Source: Clostridia bacterium
Lineage (GTDB): Bacteria > Bacillota > Clostridia > Oscillospirales > CAG-272
Reading direction: 5' to 3'
Assembly (NCBI GenBank): GCA_017550115.1
Contig: JAFYLR010000034.1
Coordinates: forward strand, 1 to 54,549
DNA: 54,549 nucleotides
Below, one piece after another: positions 38,738-47,315 of this stretch. Below the pieces are notes generated by a model. The model did not search any database and was not told the DNA's origin. It saw only the letters and a list, made by a program, of their open reading frames with translations. A program made the translations under genes and the position numbers. Each line of letters starts with the position of its first letter. Position 1 is the stretch's first letter.

Positions 38738-39673
38738 TTACAGCTCTATTTGCCGCATAGCAATGAAATCCGAGAGCTGTTTTTCGTTCGGGATAGAAGT
38801 GCTCGCGCCCTCTCTTCCCACAACGAGAGCTCCTACTGCGTTTGCATAACGGCAGGAACGCATAATATTTCCGCTTCGCAGATATTCGAGAGTGAGAGCC
38901 GCTGTGAAGCTGTCGCCCGCCGCCGTGGTATCAACGACCTTTACTTCGTACGAAGGAGCTATATTATAGTATTTTCCGTCATAGACGAGAGCACCTCTGC
39001 CCCCGAGCTTTATGACGTAATAGTGCGATTTTACTATTCTCTGAAGCATCACTGCCGCTCGCAGTGCGTTTTCGGCTGAGTTCGGATTTATTCCCGTATA
39101 AGCCTCGGTCTCTGCCTCGTTCGGTGAGAATATTTCAAGCGGTGGCAATTTATCAAAGGGGAAATCGGGTTTTGCGGGTCCTGCGTCGATAACGATGGGG
39201 ATATCCTTCTTTGCGGCAAAATGTGCGGCGGTGAGAATAGCCTCATCGGGAATTTCAAAGTGCATAAAGAGAGCATCGGGGTAACAAAGGAGTGCTTCTT
39301 CGGCGTCGTCTGCATTTAGATAGCGGTTTGCACCCTCAAAAACGCTTATTCTGTTAGAGCCGTCGGCTTCCACGGTTACTGCGGCAAGACCTGTCGGTGC
39401 CGAATCGGTGGAACGCAGAGCACTTAGGTTAAGTCCCTCTGCGGCAAAAAGCTTACGCAGAGCTTCGCCGTTTGCATCACGACCTATCTTTGCACAGAAA
39501 ACGCAGTCGCCTCCGAGGCGTTGTACCGCCAGAGCTGAATTTGCACCCTTTCCGCCCGGAATGAGCTTATAGGAGCCTGATTCGATAACCGTTTCCCCTG
39601 CGTTGGGAATTCGGGAGACATTCATAACAAAATCCATGTTTGCACTGCTGACGACAAGAATTCGTTTTTTCAT
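38738..39673 (-). CDS. rbsK: Ribokinase (PfkB family)
   Basis: SANMD, GGKGAN, PNEAE and DTTAAGDSF motifs. Confidence 0.9.
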   Translation of the reverse strand: MKKRILVVSSANMDFVMNVSRIPNAGETVIESGSYKLIPGGKGANSALAVQRLGGDCVFCAKIGRDANGEALRKLFAAEGLNLSALRSTDSAPTGLAAVTVEADGSNRISVFEGANRYLNADDAEEALLCYPDALFMHFEIPDEAILTAAHFAAKKDIPIVIDAGPAKPDFPFDKLPPLEIFSPNEAETEAYTGINPNSAENALRAAVMLQRIVKSHYYVIKLGGRGALVYDGKYYNIAPSYEVKVVDTTAAGDSFTAALTLEYLRSGNIMRSCRYANAVGALVVGREGASTSIPNEKQLSDFIAMRQIEL

Positions 39674-39812
39674 AAATTACTCTCCTTATCCTGAAACTAA
39701 ATAAATTATAACAAAAAAAGGGGATTTTTTCAACGCATTATTGAAATTTTTCTTCAAAAAGGAGTAAAAGCGAGAAGATAAAAAGCTTTTGGGATATTTT
39801 TTCTGAATTCTC

Positions 39813-39841
39813 TTGACAAACCGAAAAGAATGTGCTAAAAT
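39813..39841 (+). promoter_or_regulatory. sigma-A promoter of tRNA-Arg
   Basis: TTGACA-17 bp-TAAAAT, TG-extended. Confidence 0.85.
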
Positions 39842-39871
39842 ATCTTGGTGTTGAACAGAAAAGAATAATTT

Positions 39872-39947
39872 GCGCCATTAGCTCAGTGGATAGAGTGCCC
39901 GGCTACGAACCGGTAGGTCGCAGGTTCGAATCCTGCATGGCGCGCCA
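39872..39947 (+). tRNA. tRNA-Arg(ACG)
   Basis: GCGCCATTAGCTCAGTGGATAGAGTGCCCGGCTACGAACCGGTAGGTCGCAGGTTCGAATCCTGCATGGCGCGCCA. Confidence 0.97.
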
Positions 39948-39948
39948 G

Positions 39949-39978
39949 AAAAAGCAACCCTTATCGGTTGCTTTTTTT
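39949..39978 (+). terminator. Terminator after tRNA-Arg
   Basis: AAAAAGCAACC...GGTTGCTTTTTTT. Confidence 0.85.
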
Positions 39979-39997
39979 GCGTTAAGAAAACCCCCTC

Positions 39998-40026
39998 TTG
40001 ACTTTAGGTGAATAGAAGTTTATAAT
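39998..40026 (+). promoter_or_regulatory. sigma-A promoter of the U32-uppP-comM operon
   Basis: TTGACT-17 bp-TATAAT. Confidence 0.8.
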
Positions 40027-40064
40027 ATTTAAGAAAGAAACTAACGAATGGAGAACATATAAAA

Positions 40065-41327
40065 ATGCCCGAGCTTCTCTCTCCTGCGGGGAATTTTGAA
40101 AAAATGAAAGCGGCACTTCTTTATGGTGCGGACGCAGTATATCTTGCGGGAAATCTTTTCGGTATGCGCTCGGCGGCGGACAACTTTTCTCTCGAAGAGC
40201 TTTATGCGGCCTCAGAGTACGTCCACGAACGCTCGAAAAAGATGTATCTTACCTTAAACACTATGCCAAGGGGATATGAATACGCCGCACTCGAGCGTTA
40301 TCTGCACGAGATAAAGAACGCCGGAATAGATGCGATGATAATAGCAGACCTTGGCGTACTTGATACTGTGAAGAGGATAATTCCCGATATGGAGATACAC
40401 ATTTCAACGCAATCAAGTGCAGTCAGTGCCGCCGCTTGTCGAGCTTACTACAATCTCGGGGCAAAGAGAGTTGTTCTTGCAAGAGAATTGAGCCTTGAGG
40501 AGATTATTGCAATTAAACAAGATATTCCGAGCGAGCTTGAGATAGAAGCGTTTGTTCACGGTTCGATGTGCGTATCCTACAGCGGACGTTGTACGCTGTC
40601 AAATTATCTTACGGGAAGAGATGCGAACAGAGGAGCGTGTACCCAGCCTTGCCGTTGGAATTACGCATTAGTTGAAGAAAAACGTCCCGACGTTCCGTTG
40701 CCGATAGAGCAGACACCGGACGGAACGTTCATTTTCGGCTCAAAGGATATGTGTACAATCCAGCATATTCCTGCTCTTGTGGAAAGCGGTATTGACAGCT
40801 TTAAGATAGAGGGGAGAATGAAGAGTGCGTATTATACGGCGGTCGTCACGAACGCATACCGTATGGCACTTGACGCATATGCGGCTTCTCCCGGGGAATA
40901 TAAATTTAACGAAGCGTGGCTGCGTGAGCTTGAGAGCGTAAGCCACCGTGAATATTGCACGGGGTATTATTTTGACCACCCGCTTGAAAATGCACAACTG
41001 GGCACTCAAAACGGATATATACGTGATAAAGCGTACTTTGCAACGGCACTTGATGCGGAATCGGTTTCTATGTCAAAAATAAGTGCCGAGGTCGAGATAG
41101 AGAATGAAAACGGAAGGCTTTATCCTTTTATTCAGCGAAACAAAGTATCTCAGGGCGATATGAGTGAAATGATCTCTCCCGGCAAATGCGGCAGAGAGTT
41201 TTGCGTGAGCGAGCTTTATTCGGAAAAGGGAGAGAGAATTGAATCTGCTCCGCACCCGGCGATGATATTTTTCGCGCGAGTTCCGTTTGAGGTGCGTGAA
41301 GGGGACATTATGAGAGCCGCAAACTAA
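40065..41327 (+). CDS. U32 peptidase family protein (TrhP-like Fe-S tRNA hydroxylation)
   Basis: PELLSPAG, GADAVY, HGSMCVSYSGRC, CTQPCR and KIEGRMKS motifs. Confidence 0.9.
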   Translation: MPELLSPAGNFEKMKAALLYGADAVYLAGNLFGMRSAADNFSLEELYAASEYVHERSKKMYLTLNTMPRGYEYAALERYLHEIKNAGIDAMIIADLGVLDTVKRIIPDMEIHISTQSSAVSAAACRAYYNLGAKRVVLARELSLEEIIAIKQDIPSELEIEAFVHGSMCVSYSGRCTLSNYLTGRDANRGACTQPCRWNYALVEEKRPDVPLPIEQTPDGTFIFGSKDMCTIQHIPALVESGIDSFKIEGRMKSAYYTAVVTNAYRMALDAYAASPGEYKFNEAWLRELESVSHREYCTGYYFDHPLENAQLGTQNGYIRDKAYFATALDAESVSMSKISAEVEIENENGRLYPFIQRNKVSQGDMSEMISPGKCGREFCVSELYSEKGERIESAPHPAMIFFARVPFEVREGDIMRAAN

Positions 41328-41345
41328 AGAAAGGATTTGCTTTAT

Positions 41346-42200
41346 ATGGATTTTTTTATTAAAATGCTTAAAACCGTTCTGTACGGTATCGTTGAGGGAA
41401 TAACCGAGTGGCTTCCGATAAGCTCAACGGGCCACTTGATTCTCTTAGAAGAAATACTTCCGCTTGGCGTCTCCGAAGGCTTTTTCGAGATGTTTGAGGT
41501 CGTGATCCAGCTCAGTGCATCACTTGCCGTACTCGGAATGTTTATAAAAACGCTTATGCCGAAGATACGTCCCACCAAAAGCTTTTTCTCGTCTTGGGAA
41601 AACAAGCGTACTTTTAATCTTTGGGGAAAAATAATAGTTGCGGTAATACCGTCCGCCGTTATAGGATTACTGCTTGACGATTGGTTTGATGCGCATTTCT
41701 ATAATGCACAGACGGTCGCGGCGACACTTGCGATATATGGAGCAATATATATAATTCTCGAATATGCCCGTCGGGGCAAGGAAGCAGAAGTTGGCGACGT
41801 TCATTCAATCTCTTATGCAAAAGCACTCGGAATGGGTTGTTTTCAGGTACTTGCACTTATCCCCGGCACTTCACGTTCGGGTTCTACCATTCTCGGCGGT
41901 CTTCTCATGGGACTTTCAAGAGGAGCGGCGGCGGAGATGTCCTTTTTCCTTGCTTTACCCACGATGCTCGGAGCATCGGCACTTAAGCTGCTCGGCTTTT
42001 TCAAGGACGGCGGAACGCTTGTGGGAACAGAGCTTGTAATACTTATCGTTGGGTGCATAGTTTCCTATTTGGTGTCGGTCGTAGCTATAAAATTCCTGCT
42101 TTCTTTTGTGAAAAAGCATACTTTTATACCGTTCGGAATATACCGTATAATTCTTGCGGCTCTCGTTTTGGCTTATTTCTTTTTGCCAAAGTTAATATGA
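41346..42200 (+). CDS. uppP: Undecaprenyl-diphosphate phosphatase (BacA)
   Basis: GIVEGITEWLPISSTGH and PGTSRSGST motifs; start could alternatively be TTG 41337. Confidence 0.96.
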   Translation: MDFFIKMLKTVLYGIVEGITEWLPISSTGHLILLEEILPLGVSEGFFEMFEVVIQLSASLAVLGMFIKTLMPKIRPTKSFFSSWENKRTFNLWGKIIVAVIPSAVIGLLLDDWFDAHFYNAQTVAATLAIYGAIYIILEYARRGKEAEVGDVHSISYAKALGMGCFQVLALIPGTSRSGSTILGGLLMGLSRGAAAEMSFFLALPTMLGASALKLLGFFKDGGTLVGTELVILIVGCIVSYLVSVVAIKFLLSFVKKHTFIPFGIYRIILAALVLAYFFLPKLI

Positions 42201-42247
42201 GAAATGTCTAAAAGATAAAGAGTTTCCCGATATAGAAAGGACGTAAA

Positions 42248-43786
42248 ATGCTTAAAACCTTATCAAGTGCAGGGATAAACGGTGTTGAGGGGTATATCGT
42301 TACGGTCGAATGCAACGCTCAGCCGGGACTTAATAAATTTGACGTGGTAGGTCTGCCCGATGCCGCAATCAAGGAGGCAAAGGAGAGAGTGCGTACCGCC
42401 TGTGAGAACAGCGGATTCGCTTTTCCCGAAAGCAATCTTACCGTCAATCTTGCACCTGCTGACCGACGCAAAGAGGGTACGGGCTTTGACCTCTCGATCC
42501 TTGTTGGAATACTTGGAGCAAGCGGAGTTTCGGGGATAGGAGATCTTAGCGGAAAATGCTTTGTCGGAGAGCTTTCTCTCTCGGGGCAGATTCGTGGAGT
42601 TCGTGGAGCGCTTTGTATGTGTGCGGCGGCAAGAGACGCGGGCTTTAGTGAGTTTTATGCCCCTGCTTCAAACGCACTCGAAGCGGCGGCAGTAGATGGG
42701 ATAACCGTTTACGGAGTTGAGGACGTCCCGTCCCTTATGCTTCATTTGAGTGGCAAACAACCGCTTGTGCCCGTTAAGTGCGAAAGAGGAAGAATGAGCC
42801 GAAAAGAAAGTGCTTTTGACCTGGACTTTGCCGATATCAAGGGGCAAAGCATGGCGAAGAGAGCTATGGAGATAGCAGCTGCCGGCGGACATAATATTTT
42901 GCTGATCGGCCCTCCCGGAACGGGAAAATCAATGCTCGCAAAGCGACTTGCGTCGATTTTACCACCTCTTTCCTTTAACGAATCTATAGATACGACGAAA
43001 ATTCATTCTGTGGCGGGAACTCTGCCCGAAAATATTTCTTTACTCTCGGAGCGTCCGTTCCGTTCACCTCATCATACGATGAGCTCGGTGAGTATGGTAG
43101 GCGGAGGGACAAATCCCGTGCCGGGAGAAGTTTCTCTTGCACATAACGGTGTTCTTTTTCTTGACGAGTTTCCCGAATACAGCAAAGCGGTGACCGATTC
43201 TCTGCGTCAGCCGCTTGAAGACGGGAAGGTAACGGTCACCAGAGTCAACGGCAGAGTGACTTTCCCCTGCTCTTTTATGCTCGTTTGTGCTATGAACCCC
43301 TGTAAATGCGGATATTTCGGACACCCGACCGAAAAATGCACCTGTTCTCCGAAGGAAGTACATAAATACGTTTCACGAATAAGCGGACCTCTGCTTGACA
43401 GAATAGATATTGAGATAGAGATGCCGTCTCTTACCATTGAGGAGATGACCGATATGAGCCGAGGGGAAAGCTCGTCTCAGATAAGGGAGCGTGTTGTGGC
43501 GGCAAGAGAGAGAGCCGCAAAACGCTTTGAGGGGCTTGACGGAATTTACTGCAACGCCGCAATTCGTCCCGGAGCACCCGCCGAGCTTATAAAGATCACC
43601 GATGACTCTCTCAATCTTTTGAGAGCTTCATTTTCCTCGTGCGGTCTGTCGGCAAGAGCGTACGACCGTATTATAAGAGTTGCCAGAACTATTGCCGACC
43701 TTGATTCGAGCGAAACGGTCGAGCCGAGGCACGTGGCCGAGGCTATACAGTACCGCAGTCTTGACAGAAAATATTGGAGAAAATAA
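42248..43786 (+). CDS. comM: YifB/ComM family Mg-chelatase-like AAA ATPase
   Basis: VGLPD, NLAPAD, GPPGTGKSM, RPFRSPHH, GEVSLAHNGVLFLDE and SARAYDR motifs. Confidence 0.93.
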   Translation: MLKTLSSAGINGVEGYIVTVECNAQPGLNKFDVVGLPDAAIKEAKERVRTACENSGFAFPESNLTVNLAPADRRKEGTGFDLSILVGILGASGVSGIGDLSGKCFVGELSLSGQIRGVRGALCMCAAARDAGFSEFYAPASNALEAAAVDGITVYGVEDVPSLMLHLSGKQPLVPVKCERGRMSRKESAFDLDFADIKGQSMAKRAMEIAAAGGHNILLIGPPGTGKSMLAKRLASILPPLSFNESIDTTKIHSVAGTLPENISLLSERPFRSPHHTMSSVSMVGGGTNPVPGEVSLAHNGVLFLDEFPEYSKAVTDSLRQPLEDGKVTVTRVNGRVTFPCSFMLVCAMNPCKCGYFGHPTEKCTCSPKEVHKYVSRISGPLLDRIDIEIEMPSLTIEEMTDMSRGESSSQIRERVVAARERAAKRFEGLDGIYCNAAIRPGAPAELIKITDDSLNLLRASFSSCGLSARAYDRIIRVARTIADLDSSETVEPRHVAEAIQYRSLDRKYWRK

Positions 43787-43826
43787 AAAAGAAGTTGATG
43801 TGGTTTTTCACATCAGCTTCTTTTTT
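43785..43826. terminator. Bidirectional terminator between comM and the GH26 gene
   Basis: AAAAAAGAAGTTGATGTG/CACATCAGCTTCTTTTTT. Confidence 0.85.
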
Positions 43827-43834
43827 GTTTTATA

Positions 43835-45319
43835 TTATTTGTTCAGTTCTCTGCGAGCCTCTGCGAACCAATCTACAAGCTCTTCACGGCAGATGAACAC
43901 GCCGCTATCCATTGCCTCTTTGCCTTTTCCGAGCTTCAAGAATGAATGATTTACTGTCCATACCATAGCATAGGAAAGCTGATAGCCTTGATTGAATATT
44001 TCACGGAAATCCTTAACGTAATCCAAGCTGCTTTCGTGAACATCCCATTGCCCAAATTCGCCAATGCCTATAGGCTTTCCAACCTTCATAAGATTTTCAA
44101 GGGTTCTGAGCCCGCAGTGTTCTATGATCTCAAGCTTGCCGACACCTCCCGTGTACCAGTCGCTTCCTACAAGGTCACAGTATTCATCGCCCGGATATCC
44201 CGACAAACAGTCGATTGCGAAAAAGTCGGGACAGAAGTGCCAAATAAGATTATCAAGTCCTGCTTCGGTAAACGCTTTATAAACGTATTTCCAAAGGTTG
44301 ACGAAGCATTCTTTTTCTATATAATATTTCGTACCGTCCGGGAACTTCTGAACCATAGCCCACCAGAAAGTGTTTTGAGTCATCTCGTGGAAGGGACGGT
44401 AAATTACAGGGAGACCTATCTCCTTGAAATATTTGAGGTATTCGATACAAGCGTCAAGCTCGTCTTGGAAGTTTTTATTAAACTCGGTTCCGGGCGTAAC
44501 GAGATCCCTGAAGGCGTCATCTTTACCCAAGAATCCCATGGCCTCAAAGCGTAGGCCTCCGTTGTTACCCTTATGAGCGTATCCCTCGCGATTAGGATTG
44601 TGGAAGTGTGAGCCGACGGTAAAGAACCCGCCCATCTCGGCGTATTCTACCATCTCGCAGAACTGCTGACTCTTGAGCTCGTCATTCGCCTTTTTTTCTC
44701 CGCGCATATCACGATAGAGACAGATGCCCGCCCAGCCAAGGTCAACACCGACGATACCGGGGTCATAGCCCTCTGTTCCCGCTCTGAATAGGTCAATAGA
44801 ACCTGCGTAAGGAGTTTTTATGTTACCGACAGACTCTTGTCCTATAATTACTCGGTTCGGCTCATTTTGGGCTTTTTGAAGAACGTACCAAAGCTCTTCT
44901 TTTGTATAGAGCTTAGGTTTATCAATGTCGCCCTCAAAGCCCTCTGTTATATCAACGTCCTTTATTCCCTGCTTTACAAAGTAGTCAAGGAACTCATAGC
45001 AGGACTTGTAGGACCCGTAAACGTAAAGATTTCCGTCCCTGAGTTCTGTTCTGTAGTGCGTATAGTCCATGCTCTTAGGCTCAAGAACGATATACGCGCC
45101 CTTTTCATCTCCCATTTCGGTTACGACCTCAACGGTCTCGCCGCTGAACTTGTTTAAGATATTATCAGCCAAGCGTCTTGAACAAGCACCGACCAAAATG
45201 TTGCCAACTCCACGGTTCGGAGAAGCGTCAGCTGTCGAATATATCTTATATTCGGAGATTGCTTTGCCGTTAATCTTTATACTGCAAAGACTAAGGCTCT
45301 TATTAGATGTCTGTTTCAT
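43835..45319 (-). CDS. Glycoside hydrolase family 26 (beta-mannanase-like), no signal peptide
   Basis: IYRPFHEM (acid/base Glu), FWWA, YPGDEYCDLVGSDWY and GIGEFG (nucleophile); paralog of 51692-53755. Confidence 0.85.
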   Translation of the reverse strand: MKQTSNKSLSLCSIKINGKAISEYKIYSTADASPNRGVGNILVGACSRRLADNILNKFSGETVEVVTEMGDEKGAYIVLEPKSMDYTHYRTELRDGNLYVYGSYKSCYEFLDYFVKQGIKDVDITEGFEGDIDKPKLYTKEELWYVLQKAQNEPNRVIIGQESVGNIKTPYAGSIDLFRAGTEGYDPGIVGVDLGWAGICLYRDMRGEKKANDELKSQQFCEMVEYAEMGGFFTVGSHFHNPNREGYAHKGNNGGLRFEAMGFLGKDDAFRDLVTPGTEFNKNFQDELDACIEYLKYFKEIGLPVIYRPFHEMTQNTFWWAMVQKFPDGTKYYIEKECFVNLWKYVYKAFTEAGLDNLIWHFCPDFFAIDCLSGYPGDEYCDLVGSDWYTGGVGKLEIIEHCGLRTLENLMKVGKPIGIGEFGQWDVHESSLDYVKDFREIFNQGYQLSYAMVWTVNHSFLKLGKGKEAMDSGVFICREELVDWFAEARRELNK

Positions 45320-45337
45320 TTTTTCCCCTTTCGAGCT

Positions 45338-45412
45338 TTCACAAAAGCGTTTTGTGAATTTTTAAGCAACAGCTTATGTGCAAAGTTTACCATACGGACA
45401 GGATAAAGTCAA
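45338..45412 (-). promoter_or_regulatory. sigma-A promoter of the GH26 gene with a downstream palindromic operator candidate
   Basis: Minus TTGACT(45412-45407)-17-TAAACT(45389-45384); palindrome TTCACAAAA-GCG-TTTTGTGAA at 45338-45358. Confidence 0.6.
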
Positions 45413-45447
45413 TAGTATTTTGAACTTTTATAAAATTTTTTGTATAG

Positions 45448-45480
45448 AAAAAGAGTTGCAGCACAAATGTGCTGCAACTC
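45448..45480 (-). terminator. Intrinsic terminator of the rny transcript
   Basis: Minus strand GAGTTGCAGCAC-ATTT-GTGCTGCAACTC-TTTTT. Confidence 0.9.
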
Positions 45481-45602
45481 CAATTCAATACTCATAAATA
45501 TATAATACACAGCGGCATTTTCCGCTTTACTTATTTACCTTTTAGTTTTATGTAAATATATGTGATACCTTTCGGTACATATGAGTTGTTAAGGTCGGGC
45601 GA

Positions 45603-47165
45603 TTACTTTGCGTAATCCACAGCCCTGCTTTCCCTGATAAGATTGATCTTTATCTGACCGGGATATTTGACCTCATTTTTGATCTTAACGGCAATATCAT
45701 GAGCGATAAGCTTCATGCCCTCGTCGTTTACCTCTTCGGGCTTGACCATTACGCGTATCTCTCGACCCGCCTGAATGGCAAAAGCTTTATCAACGCCTTC
45801 AAATCCTGTTGCAATCTCCTCAAGCTTCTGTAAGCGCTTGATATAATTTTCAAGATCCTCTCTGCGAGCACCGGGTCTTGCCGCTGAAATCGCATCTGCC
45901 GCTTGAACGATAATAGCAATGACCGTTTGCGGTTCAACGTCGTTGTGATGCGCTTCGATTGCATGGATAACGTCTTTGTTTTCCTTGTATTTACGTGCAG
46001 CCTCAACACCGATCTGTACGTGAGAGCCTTCAACGTCATGCGGGAATGCTTTTCCGATGTCGTGAAGCAAGCCTGCTCTTCTTGCAAGAGTGCTGTCAAC
46101 TCCAAGCTCGTCGGCAATGATGCCCGAGATGAACGCAACCTCTATAGAGTGTTGCAAAACATTCTGGCCGTAGCTGGTTCTGTAACGAAGTCTGCCAAGA
46201 AGTCGAACAAGCTCGGGATTAATTCCGTGAGCACCGACTTCAAATACTGCACTGTCGCCTGCCTGCTTGATAGAAGCTTCAACTTCTTTTCTCGCTTTTT
46301 CGACAGATTCTTCAATTCTTGCGGGGTGGATTCTTCCGTCCGAGATGAGCTTTTCAAGAGCAAGTCTTGCAATTTCTCGTCTGACGGGATCGAAGCCCGA
46401 AAGTGTGATAGCCTCGGGAGTATCGTCGATAATAAGCTCGACGCCCGTAAGCGTTTCAAGTTTCTGGATATTTCTTCCTTCTCTTCCTATGATGCGGCCC
46501 TTCATTTCCTCATTTGGCAAAGGAACAACCGAAATAGTGGCCTCGGCAACGTGGTCGGCGGCAAAACGCTGAATGGCAAGAGAGAGAATGTTTCTTGATT
46601 TCGCATTAGCTTCTTCCTTGAACTGCTCTTCAAGATCGATCATCTTCTTTGCAAGCTCATCTTTGATCTCGGTCTCGACCTTTTCGATAAGCTCAGCCTT
46701 TGCCTGCTCTGCAGAATAGCCTGAAACTTCTTCAAGACGCTTTAGGTGGAGCGAGAACAATTCGCCGATTTTTTCTCTTTCGGCTTCGTTTTCCTTTATC
46801 TTGCGATCAAGTAATTCGTTCTTTTTCTCAAGAGCTTCGGTTTTCCTATCAAGGTTTTCTTCTTTTTGATTGACTCGGCGTTCCATGTTGGAAACTTCCT
46901 TGCGTCTTTCCTTGATATCACGCTCTGCTTCGTTGCGGGACTGAAGAATTTCTTCTTTTGCCTCAAGCAAAGCTTCTTTTTTGCGAGTCTCGGCAAGCTT
47001 TTTGATTTCTTCGGCTTCTTTTTTACCGTCTTCAATAATTCGCTTCGCTTCTCGCTCAGCGGAACCGATCTTTCCCTCCGCTATGCTCTTACGCAGCACC
47101 ATACCGACAATAATGCCGGCTATCAAAGCAACAACCGCACATATTATAGGTACCAAATATTCCAT
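45603..47165 (-). CDS. rny: Ribonuclease Y
   Basis: N-terminal TM helix, coiled coil, KH motif [14 protein letters not shown] domain [19 protein letters not shown]. Confidence 0.98.
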   Translation of the reverse strand: MEYLVPIICAVVALIAGIIVGMVLRKSIAEGKIGSAEREAKRIIEDGKKEAEEIKKLAETRKKEALLEAKEEILQSRNEAERDIKERRKEVSNMERRVNQKEENLDRKTEALEKKNELLDRKIKENEAEREKIGELFSLHLKRLEEVSGYSAEQAKAELIEKVETEIKDELAKKMIDLEEQFKEEANAKSRNILSLAIQRFAADHVAEATISVVPLPNEEMKGRIIGREGRNIQKLETLTGVELIIDDTPEAITLSGFDPVRREIARLALEKLISDGRIHPARIEESVEKARKEVEASIKQAGDSAVFEVGAHGINPELVRLLGRLRYRTSYGQNVLQHSIEVAFISGIIADELGVDSTLARRAGLLHDIGKAFPHDVEGSHVQIGVEAARKYKENKDVIHAIEAHHNDVEPQTVIAIIVQAADAISAARPGARREDLENYIKRLQKLEEIATGFEGVDKAFAIQAGREIRVMVKPEEVNDEGMKLIAHDIAVKIKNEVKYPGQIKINLIRESRAVDYAK

Positions 47166-47240
47166 AATACACCTCCTTGTTTTTATTTTGTTTTATTCTT
47201 TTAGGGGGCGAAAGTGCAAAAAAACACTCCGCCTTATTAT

Positions 47241-47269
47241 ATTTTACACCTAAGAAGTCAACCTGTCAA
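47241..47269 (-). promoter_or_regulatory. sigma-A promoter of rny
   Basis: Minus strand TTGACA-17 bp-TAAAAT. Confidence 0.8.
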
Positions 47270-47315
47270 GGTATTTATTATAAAATATTAAATATTTAAT
47301 AATAACAAATGAACG

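Noticed and set aside
39872-39978. tRNA-Arg as an island integration site
   Set aside because: There is no integrase and no direct repeat of the tRNA 3' end, and the flanks are housekeeping genes.
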